A stretch of 64,000 nucleotides of DNA, from the NCBI GenBank assembly GCA_951804945.1, contig OX638162.1, positions 36,332,001 to 36,396,000 on the forward strand. Direction: 5' to 3'. This DNA is from Podarcis cretensis. Taxonomy: Eukaryota. The position numbers and the translations under genes are program-made. Below are positions 57,601 through 64,000 of this stretch, piece after piece; within the stretch, counting starts at the first letter, position 1, and the number at the start of each line of letters is the position of its first letter. The notes under the pieces are model-generated. The model was not told the origin of the DNA, ran no database searches, and saw only the letters and a list, made by a program, of their open reading frames with translations.

Positions 57601-60600
57601 CTGTGCCAGGTTTCATTAGTTTTGCTTTGGCATTCATAAGTGAAAACGCCTTTAAAGTTGAGCTGTGACATCCTCAGATTTCCTTGAGAAACTGCAGTTT
57701 TTCACATGTACATATGGGACAGGTATGATTTTAAAAGTTCATGGAGCAGGTCACCAGAGCTTGCGCATAAGGCAGCTATAGGGAGATAACAGTCATTTAT
57801 TCCACCCCACATGCATTTCATAAAGATTCCTCCATCCTAAGGGAGCATGGTTGGGGAGTAGGAAATAGGATGTTGCCTTATACTAAACCAGATCATTGAT
57901 CCATCTAGCTCAGTATCACCCTAAGCCTAGACTCTCCACTGACTGGCAGCTGATCTCCAATGCTGGTGATTGAAACTGGGTCCTTCTGTATGCAAACGAG
58001 TGTTCTACCCACTGACCTGCTGCTGCTCTCCTGCAATAATTATTTACTATTACCATATCAAGGTATACACTTGGGGTTTTTTTGCCAGATCTCTCTAAGC
58101 TTGGTTCTTCACCTATGAGTTCACAGTGTTATCTGGAATTGCCCTGGAGGGAAAGGGTTGAACATAAGAACAGAACTATTTTTCTCATACAGAAAGTAGG
58201 GTGGGGTGTCTCTGGCTTGCTCATAATTGTCTATTCATGCTGAGTATATAGGTATACTTGCCCTGCAAGACAGCAAAAGAGTTTTCCCCCAAATCTGTTG
58301 TTTTCCTTTTCCTCTCTATGCAGCCGGCTGTTTGCTACCAAGCCATCACAAAGAAGCTGAAGGTGTGTGAAGAGGTATAGCAGACTTCCTTTTTTACTTG
58401 CCTGCATTAAAGTTTTGAGACTGCCTGTTTCTGTAAAGTAAAATTATATTTTATGGCTGTGTTTTTTCTACCCCTTAGGAAACAGGGTCCACGTCTATCC
58501 AGGCAGCCGACAGCACAGCTATCAATGGCAGCATCACTCCCACAGACAAGAAGTAAGAACCTCATTTTCTTTCATTTACTTCTGATTCTGAAGTCTGCCA
58601 TGTCTGCCTGTTGGCTTAAGGAGCAATTTGCAATATAACACATATGGTACATATATGTAAACAGTTATAACAATTGCATATATAAAACATTTTTAAACAC
58701 CATAGTTATATGTGTTACAGCAGTTGAAAATAAGATCACATATGGAAAACTAATTCAGATTCAAAGCAGATATCAGTTGGGATAAATATTTTAGGATGGT
58801 TGTTAAAAGAGGAATGGCTGAGTGAGTTTGTGTTTTTATAAAAGTATTTCTGTGTTACCATATTATAAAATATAAGGGTGATGTACAACAAAACATAAAA
58901 CACCATTAAAAACAATACAGAGAATCACTAAAGTAACTGGCTAGTCTAAACATTAGAAATTTAAATAGCTGCAAAGGCCTTCCAGGATATTTTTTTTAAA
59001 AAAAAGGCTCCAAGAGATGCAAGAAAGTCAAAAGCAATGAGTTTCTTGAAGAAGAGCATGATCAAACTATGAGAAACAAAATTAGTAAGACTTCCTGGGT
59101 ATCGTAATGAGCCTGCCTACTGATCCGATGAATGCATTTTGAAAAATGAAAGTTGCTTTTATCACAACTCTAGGGTCGTTGCATGAATGTGCTGGGAGTT
59201 GCCCAGTCTATATGTGGGTGAAAGCATTGTCCTGCAAGGCAGGTCAGGTGGCCTAATCTGTTTAACCACCAACCCCAAACCACCAGACACATGGGTAGAG
59301 GCGGAAGCATTGTACCTTCCAAGAACTGCACTCTGTGACACTTGTGTCCTCTGGCACTTCCTGTGCTTCCCCCTCTTTAGAGTGACAGGAGCTACAGTTG
59401 CACTTCCTGCCTCGCTCTCGGAAGCAATTTCCCTCCTGCTCCGATGCAGAACAGGCTGTGGCCTGTTTGTTGCTGGAGCTGTCTCGGAATGTCCGTTTTT
59501 CAGGCTTGCTGAAGGGAAACTTAATATATAACAATGAAAGTATTCAGGTAAACCCTTTCCCCTTAGCAATTCGGAAGCAGACAATGCATCCCTCTGGGTT
59601 GGGCTCTGTTAGTGTGAAAATGTCTTAGCAGTGGCTTGCCGCAAGCCTCTCATGGTGGTTTAGTTAAGCATTGCAAGTGCTGCCAGCTGTGAACTGAACA
59701 GCAGACATACAGGAAGCTAAAATGTGTTAGTTTTATTAAGATCAGTTTTGAAACGCCTTTGTTAATTGAGGAGGGAAACAGTCACTTGTACTCTTTGTAA
59801 GTTTCCAAGGGTAATTTGTCTTTGTTCCATTCTGGTATCCCTTGTTCTTGCCACTGCCTCTTTATAGTTTACTTAAAGTGCATGCAGGGCCCTTTCAACC
59901 AAAATTCTTCCAATACCCCCCTCCCCTCCTTATTAATTTGGATAAGAAACGTTGCATGTTAGCAGTGGCTTTTCCTAAGCATGAAACCAGAGTGGCTGCT
60001 AACATGTGAACTGTAGCTTAAACAAGCACTTAATTCTCTTTAAGTGGCATGGTAGAAAGATTTACAAAAAATAAGTGACTTTTGATCTGTGAGTTGTGCA
60101 CCAGGATACCAAATGCTGTGTTGAGCCTTCTGAGGCAAACTAGCTAAGAGAGGGAGTTGCCCAGTCATTGCTGAACTGTACTCAAATTTAGACCTTGCAC
60201 ATGCAGACCCAAGACATTTTTCACTGCAGCGTCCTAGTCCGTTTTGTGCTATCAGTGAGTATGACTTTGTGACCCAGTTCTTTGTTCTCCTAGGATGAGG
60301 TTCTCTTACCTGCCTGAGCAGAAAGTAATGTCTCTTAAGTCCAGACTGCTTGTTTAGGCATGCTGTATAGAGCAGATTTTTTTATGTCTGTCAGCCATTG
60401 GCTCTTTGCTAGGGATATAAATGTGATCCTTTTGGTGTTCCTGCTCCTGAGAACATTGGTGCTCACTCAATAAATCCTCTGTTACTATGAATTACGCACT
60501 TTGCTGCCTGCCTCTGTATGTCTTGTTTCCATGAAGCTTGAACCTCACAAGGCCTCGAAGAGCCTCTGCTTCTATATCTCCAACCTCACATTAAGCCCTT

Positions 60601-62308
60601 ATGCAAATTTCCAACACTACAAACTTCCTTCTCTCCTCCCCAGGATAGGGTTCCTTGGCCTTGGCCTGATGGGGAGCGGCATCGTGTCCAACTTACTAAA
60701 AATGGGTCACACTGTCACGGTCTGGAACCGGACTGCTGAAAAGGTGAGTTCATTCTTTGGGAAGTATGAGACGATATCATACATGATCTTAGTCACCTAG
60801 TAAGCTTATGCATCTGCAGAGAAACTTCATTATGAAGCTGTGGCAACTTTCAGCTTGGCTGACCTTAAGCCATCATCCCAAATGTGAACAGTGGGGTTTC
60901 ACTGAGCTTGGAAGTATAGTAATGAGGAGAAGCCATTTAGACAAAAAGTATGCCTTTCTGTCAGTCACGTCTGAGGCATGCATTTCTGAGCTCCACCACT
61001 GCTGTGACAAAGTCAGCTTAAATTATCACAGCAGAACGTAGTAGCCATGGTAACATTTTCCTTCCCTCTGCTTCATGTTCTTTCCTCTCATTTTGTGCTA
61101 TTTTTGTGGCTAGTAGCAGAAGCTCTGCCTTCTGATCTCTGGAACAGCTGTGCCCACATCATTCTTGTATCAAGTTTTTGGAGATGGATTTATTTATTTG
61201 AAGCATTGGTTTACCCTGCCCTTCAGCCAAAAAGGCTCGTGGAATAGCTTATATATGAGATAAGTAACATACAAGCCAGTCCCTTCAGGCTTGCAACCTA
61301 ACAGATACAACACAAGAGGGAAGAGGAAGAGAAGCTGACTCAGGCATCAGTTCGTAGTGAACACATAAGTAGCTTTTGAATGGGAAGAGTTGAATGAGAG
61401 GAGGCCAGTGGCAGCCTGTCTCAGCAGAGTCAATGGAGTGGACCCTGAAGCCCCTCTGCTACAGCCAGCTGGAATGGCTAGTCTATAGATTGCTTGAGCA
61501 CAGTGGAGTGAGAGATAGTGTGCATGTCTAATTCTTAAAAACAGTGATCAAACTCACAATGGTCCCCCCCCCCTTATTCTGGGGTAAAAGCAATCAAGAG
61601 ACTTGGTTTTGGAGCTACCATCTAGTAGCCTGTGACAGCAGGGGAATGGCCCAAATGTTCAGTGCCCACACAGAGATGATGAAAGCTAGTGCCAGGACCC
61701 ATCCCCAGCTACTGCCACCAGTAGAAAGTAGCAGGTTGTCTTCTGTCATTCAGGACAGGTGAGGTTTTCTATTCCCCACCAGCCCTCATGGGCTGTGTTT
61801 TGGAACTGGGCTCTAGCTGTTGCTACCTGTTTGGCTATTAGAAGGTAGCCTGCTATCATTGGCCTCCTGAGCTGTGGGCCTGATAAGTTGCTATGGAATC
61901 CCTGGGGTCTTTGGAATACTCCTTGAAATGCACTGCCTAAAGTAAGAGGATAGCTAACTATTCTAGAAAGCAGAGAAGAGAACCTGACATCACTGAACGT
62001 GATCTCCACACCCCAGAAAACAAGGTTCTTCTAAATAGCCTAGCCCTGTTTCATTTTGTTCATGTGAATGTGGTCCAGGATGCAATCCTCTTCAGTTCAC
62101 CATGGGCACATCAGGGTCCCTGGTAGAGCGAAGCCAGCTTTGACCTTTATTATTCAGTGGTTTCCATTTCTTACATTTGGGTCTGTGACTTTTGCAGTGT
62201 GATTTGTTCATCCAGGAGGGGGCAAGGTTGGGAAGAACCCCCGCTGAAGTGGTCTCCACCTGTGACATCACTTTCGCCTGCGTATCTGATCCAAAGGCAG
62301 CCAAGGAT
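30547..62308 (+). CDS. GLYR1: GLYR1 / NPAC (cytokine-like nuclear factor N-PAC), 3'-partial spliced CDS: join(30547..30602,40703..40739,42735..42814,48859..48997,49510..49728,53837..53923,57485..57541,58324..58374,58479..58552,60644..60743,62198..62308); continues beyond the window
   Basis: Phase-consistent GT-AG assembly gives the PWWP domain ([19 protein letters not shown]...FFGTEDHAWI), AT-hook (PRKRGRPPK), LSD2-binding [12 protein letters not shown] and Rossmann motif [12 protein letters not shown]. Confidence 0.97.
33468..34021. mobile_element. Non-autonomous Tc1/mariner-superfamily element (Tc2/pogo-like), GC/CpG-rich core
   Basis: ~27-bp imperfect TIR CCGTATTTTTCG/AYCCYATAGGAYGCAC; TA at 33466-33467 and 34022-34023. 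Confidence 0.85.
35200..35995 (-). mobile_element. Decayed L1-clade LINE fragment (ORF2 Cys/His-rich C-terminal region); boundaries approximate
   Basis: ORF 35597..35848 contains CCRGC...[11 protein letters not shown]...FWKKV, typical of the L1 ORF2 zinc-knuckle region; AT-rich. Confidence 0.75.
37195..37322. mobile_element. Palindromic hAT-type MITE
   Basis: TIR CAGTGTTTCTCAAACTTGGGT ... ACCCAAGTTTGAGAAACACTG; TSD (A/G)TCTAGGC. Confidence 0.85.
39103..39317. mobile_element. Tigger/pogo-like MITE
   Basis: TIR CAGTGGTACCTC(A/G)GGTTA ... TAACCCGAGGTACCACTG; TA flanks. Confidence 0.85.
40703..40739 (+). CDS. GLYR1: GLYR1 exon 2 ([12 protein letters not shown])
   Basis: tttttctatag| ... AAG|GTGAGT; 37 nt; PWWP motif. 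Confidence 0.96.
41191..41558 (+). mobile_element. Sauria SINE, full length
   Basis: Same head and (ACCTTT)n tail; 15-bp TSD TAATATCCACCAGAA at 41175-41189 and 41559-41573. Confidence 0.92.
42735..42814 (+). CDS. GLYR1: GLYR1 exon 3 ([26 protein letters not shown])
   Basis: tctctctcag| ... TCA|GTATGT; 80 nt. Confidence 0.96.
43086..43208. mobile_element. Decayed hAT-type MITE (other decayed copies near 2150-2273, 4285-4390, 29205-29330, 34870-34932, 39510-39650, 55815-55953)
   Basis: Shared motifs GGCCCTCCAGATGTTG..CTCCCATCAGCCC..GGGATGATGGG. Confidence 0.7.
48859..48997 (+). CDS. GLYR1: GLYR1 exon 4 ([46 protein letters not shown])
   Basis: cttttattag| ... CAG|GTGAGT; 139 nt. Confidence 0.96.
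49510..49728 (+). CDS. GLYR1: GLYR1 exon 5 ([12 protein letters not shown]...[13 protein letters not shown]; AT-hook)
   Basis: atctctcag| ... AAG|GTTTGT; 219 nt. Confidence 0.95.
50778..51021. mobile_element. Tigger/pogo-like MITE
   Basis: CAGTGGAACCTCGAGTTG ... CAACCTGAGGTATGACTG imperfect TIR; TA flanks; CpG-rich interior. Confidence 0.8.
51768..51910 (+). mobile_element. tRNA-Lys(CTT)-derived SINE with a CR1-like 3' tail
   Basis: TAGCTCAATGGGTAGAACGTATGACTCTTAATCTCAGGGTCGTGAGTTCAACCCC resembles tRNA-Lys-CTT but lacks an intact acceptor stem; followed by GGTCCCTTCCAACTCTACAATTCTGTGA, a CR1-type terminus. Confidence 0.8.
53837..53923 (+). CDS. GLYR1: GLYR1 exon 6 ([29 protein letters not shown])
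   Basis: gcttcacag| ... GAG|GTGATT; 87 nt; alternative donor at 53914/53915. Confidence 0.92.
56175..56560 (-). mobile_element. L2-like LINE 3' fragment (similar fragments near 7555-7840, 15080-15250, 23115-23230, 45180-45305, 47215-47710)
   Basis: ATTTGTATACCGTCCTTC...CAGGGTGGTTCACA terminus next to a microsatellite; reverse frame includes [12 protein letters not shown], typical of the L2 ORF2 end. Confidence 0.7.
57485..57541 (+). CDS. GLYR1: GLYR1 exon 7 ([19 protein letters not shown]; LSD2/KDM1B-activating motif)
   Basis: caattgcag| ... AAG|GTGAGC; 57 nt. Confidence 0.96.
58324..58374 (+). CDS. GLYR1: GLYR1 exon 8 ([17 protein letters not shown])
   Basis: ctctctatgcag| ... GAG|GTATAG; 51 nt. 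Confidence 0.94.
58479..58552 (+). CDS. GLYR1: GLYR1 exon 9 ([24 protein letters not shown])
   Basis: accccttag| ... GAA|GTAAGA; 74 nt. Confidence 0.95.
60644..60743 (+). CDS. GLYR1: GLYR1 exon 10 ([33 protein letters not shown]; Rossmann fold start)
   Basis: ctcctccccag| ... AAG|GTGAGT; 100 nt; GxGxxG motif. Confidence 0.97.
62198..62308 (+). CDS. GLYR1: GLYR1 exon 11 ([37 protein letters not shown])
   Basis: acttttgcag| ... GAT|GTAAGG; 111 nt. Confidence 0.95.
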
Positions 62309-64000
62309 GTAAGGATTATCTCTTTTTCTTGCGCGCTCCCACCTTTCTCACAGTGCTGTACACAGCGCTGACTTTCCATGACCAAAAACTCTTCCAAAAC
62401 ATACTGACTACTGATGAATGAATCCCTCCATGGATTCCAGTCATGAATCTCTGCTGCTCTTTAATTCTAAGCCAAGAAATTGCAGAAATCATATTCCTCA
62501 TTGTAATGGATGCCCAAAATTTTGTCTGGTACAGTAATTCCCAAACTGTGCATCAGGGCATGCCAGGTACTGCAAGAGAGGCTGAAGTGTGCCATGAAAA
62601 AAATAGTAAACTGGAGGTGTCCTCCATTCTGTGCTCCTTAAAGCATTGAGGACCCATGCAACATTGATTAACCCTCCTCACTCTTTACTTAGCATATATA
62701 TAAGGACATGCTAGAATTAGACTATTTGAATAGTATCAGAATATTCAATTGAAATAAGTGTGTGCTAGGATTCCCTTATGCAATTGCTGATGGATGCAGG
62801 AAAAGCCCAGAAGCATCACTGTTGTCTTGCCTTGACTGGGAAGGGGGAAATAGGAGGTAATGGTAGTTTCAAGGAGGAAGCCTGGCCGCTGTTCTGGGAA
62901 CAGAAATTGTGAGAATTAAGTGTGAAGTGTGCCTCCCAGTTTTAAATCATGGGTGGAAGCTGATCAGAGTATCAAAACATGGCTCTAGTATTTAGAGCAA
63001 GGTCAGCCTGTCTTTTCGGCTGTATGTTGATATTTTCTGCCCAAATGCTTAATCTCCTTCTAAAGGCTTTTCTGTCAAATGACTGGAATCGTTCACAGTA
63101 GGTTTGGGCAGAGCTGGTTACTTTTGCGTTTTGTTTTCTTCATTTTGTGTGGTTGCTGGTGTAGTGTATGTTTATAATTTTCATAATCTTCTTTGAAGGC
63201 TGTAGTCTAAAGGCAATATATATAACAAATAAAGCACTGTTCGCGCTGTGGGATAGGATAACCACAATCAGCCACAGAAGCAAATTGTATCACTTCAAAG
63301 TTTAAAAAGTTTTAGATAACTTTATTGTGACTTTTCCATAACCGCAGCCAACCCTGTGAGAGGTTGCTATTGTCCCCATTTTACAGCTGAGGAACAGAGG
63401 CTGAGAGTGACTTGGATGAGACCATCAAGAGGTGGAGCTTGAACCTCGGTCTGAAAGGCTGAGGTCAGATGGAGCTTGATTAGTGTGTGCTTTCCCAGTA
63501 GCACACTCCTAAAACCCGAGACTACTAATAGAGGGTGGAATAAAGAGGACTGTGCTTGTGCTGCAAGTTTTGTAGCTCTTATGTGGCTGTAAGAGTAGGC
63601 TTGAAAAACTGTTATCTGTGCTTAGCAAAATCTCAGAAAAGCAGCAGAGAATCCCCTGGCACAGCTGAGTATATTTTTCTATTTATTAAGTGATTTTGCT
63701 CCAGAGTCCTACATAAGCTCATGTTATCCATACAACTCAACCAATGCACAATACAAGTAAAATACACAAAAATAATTGTGTGGCTGAGTGTAATATGAAG
63801 TAGAGTACCACAAAATGTATGGTCTGCCCCTCCTAATAGGACCTAAGAAGCTACCATTGTTCCAGGTCAGTCCAGGTCCATCTAGCCCAGGAATTAGGCA
63901 ACTCTTCATCTGCTACCTTTTTTAAAAAGGATTTTCCCTCCCCATATCATTTTAAATGGCCAGTTGTCATAACCAGCACCCAATCCAGAGCCCTACAATG

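Overview
Eukaryotic (vertebrate) genomic DNA. Full-length Sauria SINEs point to a squamate reptile; a lacertid lizard is plausible but only inferred. The window holds two chromatin-regulator genes arranged head-to-head around a CpG-island bidirectional promoter (~29.75-31.0 kb). UBN1 (ubinuclein-1, H3.3 chaperone subunit of the HIRA complex) lies on the minus strand and is complete: 17 coding exons, ATG 26369 to TGA 3289, 3456 nt, 1151 aa, all introns GT-AG with consistent phases, and a ~2.9 kb 3'UTR. GLYR1 (NPAC/N-PAC/NDF; PWWP, AT-hook, LSD2-activating linker, dehydrogenase-like domain) lies on the plus strand: coding exons 1-11 from ATG 30547 to 62308, running off the window end. Introns contain many transposable elements: Sauria SINEs, tRNA-derived SINEs, CR1/L1/L2/RTE fragments, and hAT and Tc1/mariner non-autonomous elements, several with readable target-site duplications (TSDs). 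Almost all ORFs in the supplied track are spurious or partial exon read-throughs. I find no evidence of a wholly new biological system. The best leads are a possible hidden splicing and translation control layer (an in-frame 57-nt candidate exon inside the GLYR1 PWWP domain, a candidate poison exon just before the dehydrogenase-like domain, tandem splice sites, and uORFs in the UBN1 leader) and an atypical SINE insertion with a ~65-bp duplication and a fold-back junction.
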